A DNA stretch of 63,337 nucleotides, the filler included, from Actinomycetota bacterium (GTDB taxonomy: Bacteria; Actinomycetota; Acidimicrobiia; Spongiisociales; UBA4744): assembly GCA_013152275.1 (NCBI GenBank). It is 3 parts of 3 records of this genome, joined end to end, with 100 filler letters (N's around TTAATTAATTAA, not from the genome) between each part and the next. Parts side by side here need not be neighbours in the genome. Positions count along the whole stretch, not along the records: positions 31,202 to 57,595 come from JAADGS010000089.1; 2 more parts are not named here. One strand, given 5' to 3'. Both the position numbers and the translations under genes were made by a program. Shown in pieces: positions 35,310 through 45,015 of the stretch. Under the pieces are notes generated by a model, which was given only the letters and a program-made list of their open reading frames with translations, was not told where the DNA came from and did no database searches. Position 1 is the stretch's first letter. Each line of letters opens with the position of its first letter.

Positions 35310-36337
35310 GTCGTGCATCCGTGGCAACCGTGCTCAGCGCCCGCCCGTGGGAGGAAGTCTTCGTGTCGTTCGCCCGAGAGACGGCAGCGGTGCGGGTCGT
35401 CGCTCGAGCGTACGAGCCGGAAGAAGCCACTCGTCGCTCCCCGGGCGTCATCGTGGCCGGATCGGAGACACCGTGGGTCTGCCCGGCCATCGTGAAGGCA
35501 TGGCGACGCAGAGGTATTCGAGTCGTCGGAATCTATCCCGCCGGCGACGAGCCCGGGAGGCAGCTCTTCGAAACGGCCGGCGCGGATGAGATCCTCCCCG
35601 ACGACACCTCGTCGCTCCGGCTGCTGCGCACGGTCCAGGCGCTCTCGGTCGCCGCTCCCCCGATCTCACCCGAGGGTACGCTCGTCGCGGTGACCGGTCC
35701 CAGGGGGGCGCCGGGACGTACCGAGATCGCCATCGCCATCGCGTGGGGCGCTGCACGAGGTCACCGGACGCTTCTCGTCGATCTCGACCCGCCCTCCCTT
35801 GGCATTCGTCTCGGGCTTCGACCTCACCCGGGTCTCGCCGATGCGTTCGATGCCGTCCGATCCTTCGGAGAACTGCCTGACGACCATGCTCGCATCGTCG
35901 GACCGATCTCCGTGCTCGCAGGCATCGACGGAGGCCCGCTCACGGCCGCCCTCCGCTGGGAACTCGTTCGCTCGGCGCTCGGTTCCTTCGATGTCGTCGT
36001 GGTAGATCTGGGACCATGGCCCCAGGGCGAGACGATCCTGCGACAGGCCGACACCGCCGTGCTCGTGTGTGACGCCGGCCCCACGGGACTCATCCGTGCC
36101 TCGATGCTCGTCGACGCGTGGCAGGGGCCCACACCGATACCTCTGGTCAATCGTGCAGACGACCCGGCCGCAACAACCAGAGAGGTGCGCCAGGCACTCG
36201 GCTTGGAGCCTGCAGGTCTGATCCCGACACTCGCGAGTATCCGAGCGGCGGCGCGACAGACGTCGGCCCCTCCGCGAGAACTGATCGAGCAGGTCGCACC
36301 GGTGCAGCAATCGATCGCAGCGCATCATTCCAGATAG
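35306..36337 (+). CDS. MinD/CpaE-like ATPase with a degenerate receiver-like N-terminus
   Basis: VAVTGPRGAPGRT deviant Walker A, LLVDLD, DVVVVDLG. Confidence 0.75.
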   Translation: MSRASVATVLSARPWEEVFVSFARETAAVRVVARAYEPEEATRRSPGVIVAGSETPWVCPAIVKAWRRRGIRVVGIYPAGDEPGRQLFETAGADEILPDDTSSLRLLRTVQALSVAAPPISPEGTLVAVTGPRGAPGRTEIAIAIAWGAARGHRTLLVDLDPPSLGIRLGLRPHPGLADAFDAVRSFGELPDDHARIVGPISVLAGIDGGPLTAALRWELVRSALGSFDVVVVDLGPWPQGETILRQADTAVLVCDAGPTGLIRASMLVDAWQGPTPIPLVNRADDPAATTREVRQALGLEPAGLIPTLASIRAAARQTSAPPRELIEQVAPVQQSIAAHHSR

Positions 36338-36513
36338 CACCATCCGGGATGCGCCCGTCGTATCCATCCGATCCCGACAGACACATCCCCCGCGGAATCC
36401 GGACCGACCATCACACCTCCCGCAAACGACCAAGAGCACGACACCGCCATGCCGGGCGGCAACGAGACCACGGCGCGAAACATGCGACTTCCGTTATGCG
36501 TTACGGACCGCTC

Positions 36514-37977
36514 ATGCAAGACTCGCCATCGCACATGAACACACCACCGTCCTGGGTATCCGACGCCGTCTTCTATCAGATCTTTCCCGATCGGTTTGCC
36601 AGATCGGAACGGGTCGCCAAGCCGTCGAACCTCGAGTCGTGGGAATCGCCGCCGACCGTCCACGGGTACAAAGGTGGTGACCTGCTCGGTGTCGAAGAGC
36701 ACCTCGACTACCTGACCGATCTCGGCATCACGGCGCTGTATCTCAACCCGATCTTCTGGTCGGCCGCCAACCATCGCTATCACACGTTCGACTACTACAC
36801 GGTCGACCCCATGCTGGGAGGTGACGAGGCCTTCGACACCCTGCTGAGCGCCTGCCACGATCGAGGAATCAGGGTGATCCTCGACGGCGTATTCAACCAT
36901 GCAAGCCGGGGCTTCTTTCCGTTCCACGACGTCGCAGAGAACGGACCTGCCTCTCCATGGAAGGACTGGTTCTTCATCGAGGGCTGGCCGCTGCACCCCT
37001 ATGAAGAGGACCTGCCTGCGAACTACGACGCATGGTGGGGTCTCCGGGGGCTCCCGAAACTGAACACGGACAACCCGGAGGTACGCGAGTACCTGATGGG
37101 TGTCGCCGAGCACTGGATCAGCCGGGGTGCGGACGGGTGGAGGCTCGACGTGCCTCAGGAGATCAAGACGGAGGGATTCTGGGAAGAGTTCCGTACCCGA
37201 GTGAAGGCGATCAACCCCGAGGCCTACATCGTCGGCGAGATCTGGAACGACGCAAGGGATTGGATCGCCAAGGGCGACCGTTTCGACGGAACGATGAACT
37301 ACCTCTTCGCCGGATACACCCTCGCGTTCACCGCCGGATACCGAATCGAGAACAGCCTCGCCGCGGGCCAGAACTATCCCCTCACGCCGGCGCTGGACGG
37401 GAACGCCTATCGAGATCGCATCGACAAACTGATCGGTGCCTATCCGAAGCATGCGGCGGAGGCGAACCTCACACTGCTCGGATCGCATGACACACCTCGT
37501 GTGTCGAGCGTCTCCGGAGGTGACACGACCTCGGTAGAACTTGCGGCGCTCCTGCAGTTCACGTTCCCCGGCGCACCGAGCATCTACTACGGGGACGAGA
37601 TAGCCATGACCGGCGGGAGGGATCCGGAATCGCGAGGTGCCTTTCCCTGGGACGACGAGGACGCGTGGGATCACGGTCTGCGAGCGACGTTCAAGTCCTT
37701 GATTGCGCTTCGCCGCGACCATTCTTCACTCCGCCACGGCGAGTACCACTCACTCGCCGCGAAGGACCACATGGTCACATTCTCCAGGGTGGGAGCGAGC
37801 GAGCGGATCATCGTCGCCGTCAATGCCGGAGACGGCGCTGCATCCGCATCGTTCCGGACCGACGGCCTCGCCGGCAACTACCGAACACTCTGGGGCGATG
37901 GTGGCGTCAAGGCAGATCGAGACATCGTGCGGTTGGCTCTGCCGCCCCGAACCGGCGCGGTGTGGCAGGTCGTCTAG
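36514..37977 (+). CDS. GH13 neopullulanase/cyclomaltodextrinase-like glycosidase
   Basis: YQIFPDRF, DGVFNH, DGWRLDV, GEIW, LGSHD. Confidence 0.93.
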   Translation: MQDSPSHMNTPPSWVSDAVFYQIFPDRFARSERVAKPSNLESWESPPTVHGYKGGDLLGVEEHLDYLTDLGITALYLNPIFWSAANHRYHTFDYYTVDPMLGGDEAFDTLLSACHDRGIRVILDGVFNHASRGFFPFHDVAENGPASPWKDWFFIEGWPLHPYEEDLPANYDAWWGLRGLPKLNTDNPEVREYLMGVAEHWISRGADGWRLDVPQEIKTEGFWEEFRTRVKAINPEAYIVGEIWNDARDWIAKGDRFDGTMNYLFAGYTLAFTAGYRIENSLAAGQNYPLTPALDGNAYRDRIDKLIGAYPKHAAEANLTLLGSHDTPRVSSVSGGDTTSVELAALLQFTFPGAPSIYYGDEIAMTGGRDPESRGAFPWDDEDAWDHGLRATFKSLIALRRDHSSLRHGEYHSLAAKDHMVTFSRVGASERIIVAVNAGDGAASASFRTDGLAGNYRTLWGDGGVKADRDIVRLALPPRTGAVWQVV

Positions 37978-38026
37978 GAGTGGCCGGTCGCCGAAGCGTT
38001 CCCAACAAGAAGGCACCGCGTCAATC

Positions 38027-38068
38027 ACTGATGACCGAAAACTGAGAACTGACGACTGGCGACTCGAA
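38027..38068. repeat. Six degenerate tandem heptamers
   Basis: actgatg accgaaa actgaga actgacg actggcg actcgaa. Confidence 0.65.
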
Positions 38069-38094
38069 ACCGGCTGCTGCGGGTGCAGCGAGAA

Positions 38095-38355
38095 CTACGC
38101 GATGGCCGTTGCCACTCTCCGGCGACGGTCCGGTGCCTTTCCGAACCGACGTTCGTTGGAAACCGGCGTTTCCGGCGCGGCATCCCAGCTCATCCACTTG
38201 ATGCGACCAGTCTGGAAGAGGCCCGAACTCACGAGTATCTCCTCTCTGGCGACATCGAGATGGACCGCTCCACAACGCGAGCACGCAACGCGGACGATGC
38301 CCCCACCGACCGCGACGGGATCCCCGAAATCGTGCTCTTTGCAGGTACGTGCCAT
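38095..38355 (-). CDS. Small hypothetical protein with CxxH...CxxC
   Basis: AGGAG SD; CKEH and CSRC motifs. Confidence 0.55.
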   Translation of the reverse strand: MARTCKEHDFGDPVAVGGGIVRVACSRCGAVHLDVAREEILVSSGLFQTGRIKWMSWDAAPETPVSNERRFGKAPDRRRRVATAIA

Positions 38356-38575
38356 GGTGACTCCTGTGCGCGCTGTCAGTGGTCAAAGTACTACAGAGGG
38401 CGGGCGCGGCGGGGGGCCAACCAGGGTCTCATCCCAGTGACTAGTGCCTCGGCAGGCAACGTTCGTGAGGTCGATGCCGAGTCTCGTGTCTCGTACTGGA
38501 GTACCGCCGGACGTGACGAATCAGGTGCAAGAGTTGCCTGCCGGGGCAGAGCACCGGCCTCCCGGTTCCGGGCAC

Positions 38576-40714
38576 CTACTTCTCGAGGAAGATCCGCTCG
38601 GAGAGGATCTGGGCGATGTCCTTGATGGGGATCTCCACCCCCAGCTCCTTGACCCCATCGTCCATCATGATGAAACAGAACGGGCAGGCGACCGCAACCT
38701 CGTCTGCACCGGTGGCGATCGCCTCCTGCGCGCGCTCGATGTTCACCTTCTTGCCGACCCGATCCTCCATCCAAAACTGGGCGCCACCGGCGCCACAACA
38801 GAACGACGAACTCCCCGAGCGGTCCATCTCGACGAGACCGGCGCCGACGACGGAACGAGGAGCCTCATAAACATCGTTGTACCGGCCCAGATAGCACGGA
38901 TCGTGGTAGGTGATCTTCTTCCCATCTGACGCCTCGGGACTCAGCCTTCCCGTTTCGACGAGGGCCGAGAGCAGTTCGCTGTGATGGACCAGCTCATAGT
39001 CGCCACCGAACTGTGGATACTCGTTCTTGAGCATGTTGAAGCAGTGAGGGCACTGGGTGATGATCTTGCGCACACCCAGGTCGCCCATCGTCTCGATGTT
39101 CTCCAACGCCAACTGCTGGAAGACATACTCATTGCCGGATCGTCGGGCAGGATCACCGCAGCACTTTTCTTGCAGACCGAGAATCGCGAAGTCCACTCCG
39201 GCTTCGTGGAGCAGCTTGGCGGTGGCGACGGCCACTTTCTGATTACGGTCGTCGAATGACCCTGCACACCCGACCCAGTACAGGTACTCGGCGCTCTCCA
39301 CACCGTCTTCACCGAAGATCTTGACATCAAAGTCGAGCTGACTGGTCCATGCCGCACGGTCCTGTTGGCCCATCCCCCACGGATTACCCTGGTTCTCGAG
39401 CGCCAGGTAGGTCTTGCCGAGTTCCGACGGGAAGTCCGACTCCATCATCGACAGATACCGGCGCATGTCGAGGATCTTGTCGACGATCTCGATGTTCACA
39501 GGGCACACCTCGTCACAGGCGCGGCACGTCGTGCAGGACCACACTTCCTCGGTGCTGATCCGTTCGAAGACGTTGTCTGCAGTGACGGTGATCGCAGCGT
39601 CCGCCATGACCGTCGGAGAGACGGCCGGGCTTCCCGTCGCCGTTGCCACCTGCCCGAGCTTGAGGATGATCTCCCTGGGGTCGAGTGGCTTACCCGTCAC
39701 GTTGGCCGGGCACACCGACATGCACCGGCCACACACCGTGCACGCATCGGTATCGAGGAGCTGTTTCCATGTGAAGTCCGCAACCACCGAGGCGCCGACC
39801 GTCTCGATGTCCTCGGCTTCCATGAGGTTGGGCATCTCCCGCATCGCTCCCTTGGGCCGCTCACGTGGAGAGAACACCATGTTGGCCGGAGACAGAAGCA
39901 TGTGCCGCAGCTTGGTGGTCGGCAGCAGCACGAGGAAACCCACGAACGAGATGACATGCAGGACCCACAAGATCCGATGCCACACCTGTGCCACGGCAGC
40001 CGGGAAGAGAAAGCTCAGCGGGTACCCGATGACCGACCACGTCTCGAACGAAGGGCGCCCGGCAAGGGAGATCCGTGCCGCTTCGACGAGGAGTCCGGTG
40101 ATCCCGATCATTGCCAGCGTGAGCAGGATCCAGGCGTCTTCGTCCCTGGTCTTGGACCGGAGCCGCCACGGACGCCGCCCGTACCGACGGGCGACCGCCC
40201 ACAGCACACCTGTCACGAACACGACGCCGGCCAGATCGAGCACCGCGGAGTAACCCTGGTAGAAGCCACCTTGGAGGAACTTCATGCGCACCGGAAGGAG
40301 GTGGTCGATCTCGAGGGTGACCGTGCCCAGGAACAGGACGACGAACCCCCAATAGATCATCGCGTGCATCCATCCGGCGCTCCGTTCTTCGAGGAGCGTG
40401 CGCATGCGAAGACCCGAGTCGAGGGCCAGCACCCGTTCCTTCCACTGTCCCCAACGACGTTCGAAGGCGCCGCGCTCCCAGTTGCGTGCCCGCAAGGAAA
40501 ACAGGTAGAGGCTCAATGCGAGAAACACGCCAACCCCTACGTAGAAGACGGCGATGAGTGCATCGGGGACATCCCCGAAGATCACTCTCCCAACGGCAGG
40601 AACGAAGTGGCCAGGCAGCGTTCCGAGCCACCAGAGGAGCAGTGTTGCAAAGAACGTGACGACGGCGAGGGCGCCCAGGACCCTGCTGGCGGTCGGGCGG
40701 CGACGAGGTTCCAT
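38576..40714 (-). CDS. Membrane-bound Fe-S oxidoreductase (HdrD/GlpC/FadF-like)
   Basis: N-terminal TMs, two CxxCxxCxxxCP motifs, two CCG domains. Confidence 0.92.
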   Translation of the reverse strand: MEPRRRPTASRVLGALAVVTFFATLLLWWLGTLPGHFVPAVGRVIFGDVPDALIAVFYVGVGVFLALSLYLFSLRARNWERGAFERRWGQWKERVLALDSGLRMRTLLEERSAGWMHAMIYWGFVVLFLGTVTLEIDHLLPVRMKFLQGGFYQGYSAVLDLAGVVFVTGVLWAVARRYGRRPWRLRSKTRDEDAWILLTLAMIGITGLLVEAARISLAGRPSFETWSVIGYPLSFLFPAAVAQVWHRILWVLHVISFVGFLVLLPTTKLRHMLLSPANMVFSPRERPKGAMREMPNLMEAEDIETVGASVVADFTWKQLLDTDACTVCGRCMSVCPANVTGKPLDPREIILKLGQVATATGSPAVSPTVMADAAITVTADNVFERISTEEVWSCTTCRACDEVCPVNIEIVDKILDMRRYLSMMESDFPSELGKTYLALENQGNPWGMGQQDRAAWTSQLDFDVKIFGEDGVESAEYLYWVGCAGSFDDRNQKVAVATAKLLHEAGVDFAILGLQEKCCGDPARRSGNEYVFQQLALENIETMGDLGVRKIITQCPHCFNMLKNEYPQFGGDYELVHHSELLSALVETGRLSPEASDGKKITYHDPCYLGRYNDVYEAPRSVVGAGLVEMDRSGSSSFCCGAGGAQFWMEDRVGKKVNIERAQEAIATGADEVAVACPFCFIMMDDGVKELGVEIPIKDIAQILSERIFLEK

Positions 40715-40777
40715 CCTGCTCCTTCAACGCGGGCAGGCGCAAGTGTACCGGTCGAAAACGTCCCTCCCTGCGCGAAC

Positions 40778-40801
40778 GCGGGGCGGCTTAAACCGCCCCG
40801 C
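40778..40801. terminator. GC-rich hairpin downstream of pspA
   Basis: GCGGGGCGG-CTTAAA-CCGCCCCGC; no U-tract. Confidence 0.4.
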
Positions 40802-40814
40802 CTCGACCTTGGGA

Positions 40815-41543
40815 TCAAGCCTCTTCGGTGAGCCCGAGTTCCTTTCGCAGCTCCTCCAGCTTCGCGTCGGCCTGTGTGACCGATATCGCCTCACGAAGTT
40901 CCGCCTCGGCCCCTTCGGGCGTGGCCTCGCGCAGTTCCGCCTTGGCTTTCGCCTGGGACAGCCGTTGTGTGATCTTCTCCTCCACTCTGTCGAGGCTCGG
41001 AGCGTCAACCTCCATGGAGACAGAGATCGATTCGATCGTTTTGTTGACGGCCTCCTGCATCTTCGCCTGCTGGAGACGGCCGATCAGTTCCATCTTCTTG
41101 GCGGCCAGCTCCTGCAACCGCATGGCGTTCTGTTCGACTGCCCGCTTGGCATTCTCGGCTTGCGTGACCGCGATTCCGTACTGCTCCTTGAATCCGGCCA
41201 GGTTGTTCTCCGCCGCCTGGAGCCTCATGGCGAGGCTCTGTGCAGCACGGGTCCATTTTCCGACCGCTTCGGTGTCTCCCGCCTTCTTGGCCTCGTCGGC
41301 TCTCAACAACGCCTGCTTGGCCATTTCCCGCGCCTCACCGAGATCGTCCGCTGCGCTCTCGATCTTGGCTTCGAGTTGCGTACGGTGGGCAATCACCTGA
41401 GCGGCCTGGTTCCGGAGCTTCTGGTCCTGCTGCCTGGCCTCGTTGATCGCCTGCTCGACCTCCACCTCCGGGTCCATCGCCCGCTCTGCGGCGCCGCGAA
41501 AGAGCGTCACCAGATACCCCCAGAGTCGTTTCAAGAACCCCAC
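40815..41543 (-). CDS. pspA: PspA/IM30 family protein
   Basis: Amphipathic N-terminal helix, DPEV..EQAI, long coiled coil, LEELRKELG tail. Confidence 0.9.
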   Translation of the reverse strand: MGFLKRLWGYLVTLFRGAAERAMDPEVEVEQAINEARQQDQKLRNQAAQVIAHRTQLEAKIESAADDLGEAREMAKQALLRADEAKKAGDTEAVGKWTRAAQSLAMRLQAAENNLAGFKEQYGIAVTQAENAKRAVEQNAMRLQELAAKKMELIGRLQQAKMQEAVNKTIESISVSMEVDAPSLDRVEEKITQRLSQAKAKAELREATPEGAEAELREAISVTQADAKLEELRKELGLTEEA

Positions 41544-41581
41544 TGCTTTCCTCCTGTTGTGTGTGTTTTCATCCTAAGTGG

Positions 41582-42829
41582 TCAGCGCCGCCTCCGGCGC
41601 GCCCGACCCTTTGGCGCCGTGGACGCCGACCGTCTGGCAGACGTCCTCGAACGAGGAGTGGCGGTGGCCCGCCGGATCGAGCGGGATCGAACAGACCCGA
41701 CCCGCCGCGATGAGCGGCTCCGATACTGTGCCGCCGTCCCCATGCCGGCCACCGCCATCTGGAACACATCCATCCAGTCGAGTCCCCCACCGCCGTACGA
41801 CCGCGGCGCCATGGGCGCGGGTACACGACGGCCGCCAACGAGAATGTCGCGCGGCGTTGGCTGTTCACCATTGCGAAGCTTCTCGGCACAATCGCGACAA
41901 ACGCTCACCGTTTTCGTCCCGGCCGGCGTTGTGATCGTCGCCTCCTCCGTCCCACCCCGGTGTGTCGGGTCGAAGAAACACGACGAAGGGTGGTCCTGCG
42001 GTTCAGGCGGTACGGCGCGGCCCTCGGTGATCGCATCGGCCGCTTCGAGCTGCCAGCGTGCCCGGTCCAACCGATCAGGGAGGCCCTCGAGAGCGGCGAG
42101 TGTATCCGCGGCTTCGAAGGCGTCTTGTGCAGCATCGAACGTGGCGGTGGCGGCCCGATAGTGCTCGGTGGCCTCATCGTTGGCGGCAACCGATACCTGG
42201 TCGCTCAGCTCGATGATTCGGTTGGCGATCGCGTCGAGCTGCGTCTTGATCTCGTTGCGAGCCTCCTCGATCCTCCGCCGTTCGATCTTCTCGTCGCCTC
42301 TCTTCCCTCTCCATATCGCCACGGCCACGATCCCGATGACGACGACCACCACTGCGATGGGAATCAGTCCCCCACCCCCGGCCGAGCCGCTCGGCACCGT
42401 TGCAGGGGTCGTCGAAGCAAGGGAATCCGCGAATGCTCGGAAACCTTCGACATAGCTGGTGTCGAAGAGATCGATGGCGGCATCGAGAGCGTCACCGAGC
42501 TGCACGTCGGAGAAGTCGCTGCTGACCGCCCCCAGATCCGTCGGTGCCACCACGACCACGGTTCCGCCGGGCAGCGCCGCGAGGATGTCTCTGGCAACCG
42601 TGTCGGCGCCCTCCGGGGGGTCTTCGACGAGCGCCACGAAGTAGAGGGCCGGGGTGTCGGGAAGATCGGTAACGAGTTGCTCCATGGCGTCGACGTCGAC
42701 CGGTGCGCCCTCCTCGATGGCGTAGTGACGGAATGCCGCCTGGTCGGCAAGTGAGGTGGTGTCGACCGCCAGTGCCGACTGCATCAGCAGAGCCTGAAGT
42801 CCAATGACAAGGAGGACGATGGCTCTCAT
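41582..42829 (-). CDS. Membrane protein: TPM-like external domain, TM, coiled coil, Cys/His motif, Arg-rich tail
   Basis: Signal peptide; CFFDPTH..CRDC; ATGA overlap with bcp. Confidence 0.75.
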   Translation of the reverse strand: MRAIVLLVIGLQALLMQSALAVDTTSLADQAAFRHYAIEEGAPVDVDAMEQLVTDLPDTPALYFVALVEDPPEGADTVARDILAALPGGTVVVVAPTDLGAVSSDFSDVQLGDALDAAIDLFDTSYVEGFRAFADSLASTTPATVPSGSAGGGGLIPIAVVVVVIGIVAVAIWRGKRGDEKIERRRIEEARNEIKTQLDAIANRIIELSDQVSVAANDEATEHYRAATATFDAAQDAFEAADTLAALEGLPDRLDRARWQLEAADAITEGRAVPPEPQDHPSSCFFDPTHRGGTEEATITTPAGTKTVSVCRDCAEKLRNGEQPTPRDILVGGRRVPAPMAPRSYGGGGLDWMDVFQMAVAGMGTAAQYRSRSSRRVGSVRSRSIRRATATPRSRTSARRSASTAPKGRARRRRR

Positions 42830-43281
42830 GACATCTCTGCCGTCAAGCGATCGACATGCCCCTTGGCGCGAACGTTGCGGTATGCCCGAAACACCGTGGC
42901 GTCGGGCCCGATGACAAACGTGGAACGAATGATTCCCTCGTACTCCCTGCCGTAGTTCTTCTTCGTTCCCCATGCGCCGTACGCCTTGGCGACCGTATGG
43001 TCCTCGTCAGAAAGCAGCGGGAAATTCAGGTGTTCCTTGTCCTTGAATCTCGCCAGTCGCGAAACGGGATCGGGACTGATACCGACGACGGCATACCCCG
43101 CTTCCTGCAGACGATCCCTGCGATCTCGGAAATCACACGCTTCCGTCGTACAGCCGGAAGTCATGGCCTTCGGATAGAAGTACACGATGAGATGCCTGCC
43201 CCTGAAGTCATCGAGCGAGACCGTGTTTCCCGCATCATCCGCGAGTTCGAACGCGGGCGCCTGGTCACCGGATTCCAACAC
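42826..43281 (-). CDS. bcp: Thioredoxin-dependent peroxiredoxin
   Basis: YFYPKAMTSGCTTEACDFRD. Confidence 0.95.
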   Translation of the reverse strand: MLESGDQAPAFELADDAGNTVSLDDFRGRHLIVYFYPKAMTSGCTTEACDFRDRRDRLQEAGYAVVGISPDPVSRLARFKDKEHLNFPLLSDEDHTVAKAYGAWGTKKNYGREYEGIIRSTFVIGPDATVFRAYRNVRAKGHVDRLTAEMS

Positions 43282-43380
43282 TGTTCACACCTCCCTTTCC
43301 GGACCAAGATTAGAAGGCTGTCGCATAATGCCGGTATCTCGTATTTCGTACTTCGTATCGCTACCTGCAGTGCTGCAAAA

Positions 43381-43505
43381 CCGTAGGGCGGGAGTAGAGA
43401 CCGGCGCGTCGAGGAGAAGAACGCAGCGGGTGGAGCGTCCTCTGGCCTCCCGGAGGAGCGAAGCGAGCACGGCGAAGCCAGGAGCAGAGACCGACGCGCC
43501 TACGG
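43381..43505. repeat. REP/REPIN-like intergenic element
   Basis: Inverted ends CCGTAGG/CCTACGG; internal AGAGACCG(G/A)CGCG duplicate; GAGCGAAGCGA shared with the contig-3 repeats. Confidence 0.45.
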
Positions 43506-44411
43506 GCCCAGGGTTGACGACGACTCACCGCGACGTGGAATCGAGTGTTCCCAGTCGGCCAGCAGGGTCCGCAGCGCCGCCACGAAGGCCAGCGGCTGGT
43601 CGAGGATGAGGTGGTGATGCGCCTCGGGAATGGATACGACCGGTGCATTGTGACCCATGAGATCGTACATGTGCTCTGCGATATCGGGCGGGACGATCAC
43701 GCTGAACTCACCGCGAAACAGCGCGACTCGCGTTGTGATCGCCTGGAGCCGTTCCCCCAGCGGGCGATAGGCCTGATCGAAGATGCGAGGGTCGAACTTC
43801 CATGTCCACCCGTCCGGAGTCTCGTGCAATGATTTTCTCGCGATGAAGTCGACGATGTAGGTGTTCTCGCATGGCTGTGGCGGAATCAGGCGAAATCGCG
43901 AGAGGGCGGTCTCGAGATCCGGATAGCTGCCGGGCGATACGAACGCCTGGCCGCGCGCCGCCTGCTCGGATTCGGGGTCCGGCCGGCGCACCGGTGTGTC
44001 GACGATCACCGCGCCCGCCAGATCATTCCCGAACGCCGCAGCCGTCTCGATGATGACCATGCCGCCGAGACTGTGACCCACCACGACGGGTGGGCCCGGG
44101 AATCCGGCATCGGCCACCACCGCCATCACCTCACGCGACCACACCTCCCTCGAGTACTCCGAGTGCCTCCCGCTGTCACCGTGACCGGAAAGATCGAGTG
44201 CCACCACATGCCACCGTTCGGTGAACAGCGGGGCGAGGTGACTCCACCAGTGGGCGTGCGCCGCGCCACCATGGAGGAACACGAGCCCAGGCATGTCGGG
44301 ATCACCCCAGCCCAGGTAGTGGATGGGGCAGCCATTGACGTCGATCGTGTGCTCGTCGGGCTCCATGGCGATCGCCTTGCGGAACCAGCCTGGTGGTTGT
44401 GAAACGCTCAT
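43500..44411 (-). CDS. Alpha/beta hydrolase
   Basis: FLHGG, DLSGHGDS, GHSLGG, late His (AHHH). Confidence 0.9.
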   Translation of the reverse strand: MSVSQPPGWFRKAIAMEPDEHTIDVNGCPIHYLGWGDPDMPGLVFLHGGAAHAHWWSHLAPLFTERWHVVALDLSGHGDSGRHSEYSREVWSREVMAVVADAGFPGPPVVVGHSLGGMVIIETAAAFGNDLAGAVIVDTPVRRPDPESEQAARGQAFVSPGSYPDLETALSRFRLIPPQPCENTYIVDFIARKSLHETPDGWTWKFDPRIFDQAYRPLGERLQAITTRVALFRGEFSVIVPPDIAEHMYDLMGHNAPVVSIPEAHHHLILDQPLAFVAALRTLLADWEHSIPRRGESSSTLGP

Positions 44412-44589
44412 CGCCGGAACGGTAGTCCATTCCTCTCCGTGGCCGAGTCGATCCCTGTCGCCGAATACGCGCCTACACGGTGTCGATGGACACATCGCCC
44501 AGCGGCACAGAGCCACGCGGTGCTCGCAACGGGCAGGCAGCACGATCGGTGATGACATCGTCGATACAACCCCACACAGTGATCGCCAG

Positions 44590-44622
44590 ATATATGAATA
44601 CCTGAACTTGTATTCATATATT
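44590..44622. promoter_or_regulatory. SmtB/ArsR-type operator
   Basis: Perfect ATATATGAATAC-N8-GTATTCATATAT with a nested TGAA-N6-TTCA box. Confidence 0.8.
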
Positions 44623-44646
44623 GTTCTCTCTAACGTCTCTCCAACG

Positions 44647-45015
44647 ATGCTCGACGCCACATCAGCTCGAACGCGATTCATTCACCCGGAGCGAGTCGCC
44701 GACGTCCAGGATCGCCTTCCAAGCCTCACCGGGGCAAGGGCGCTGGCCGATCAGTTCAAACTGCTCTCAGACCCCGCACGAGTTCGCCTGATCTACGCGC
44801 TTCTCGAAGCCGGCGAGCTCTGTGTCGGCGATTTGGCCGGCCTCGTCGAACTCAGCGAATCGGCAACGAGCCATCAGCTTCGCCAACTCCGGGCCGCCAG
44901 TCTGGTCACCTACCGGAAGGAAGGACGGATCGTCTACTACCGCCTCGCGGACACACACATCCGTCTCCTGCTCGACGTTGCGAGCGAGCACTACCGCCAC
45001 ACGCACACATCATGA
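44647..45015 (+). CDS. ArsR/SmtB metalloregulator
   Basis: FKLLSDPARV, ELCVGDL, SHQLR, DTH...H alpha5-type ligands. Confidence 0.92.
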   Translation: MLDATSARTRFIHPERVADVQDRLPSLTGARALADQFKLLSDPARVRLIYALLEAGELCVGDLAGLVELSESATSHQLRQLRAASLVTYRKEGRIVYYRLADTHIRLLLDVASEHYRHTHTS

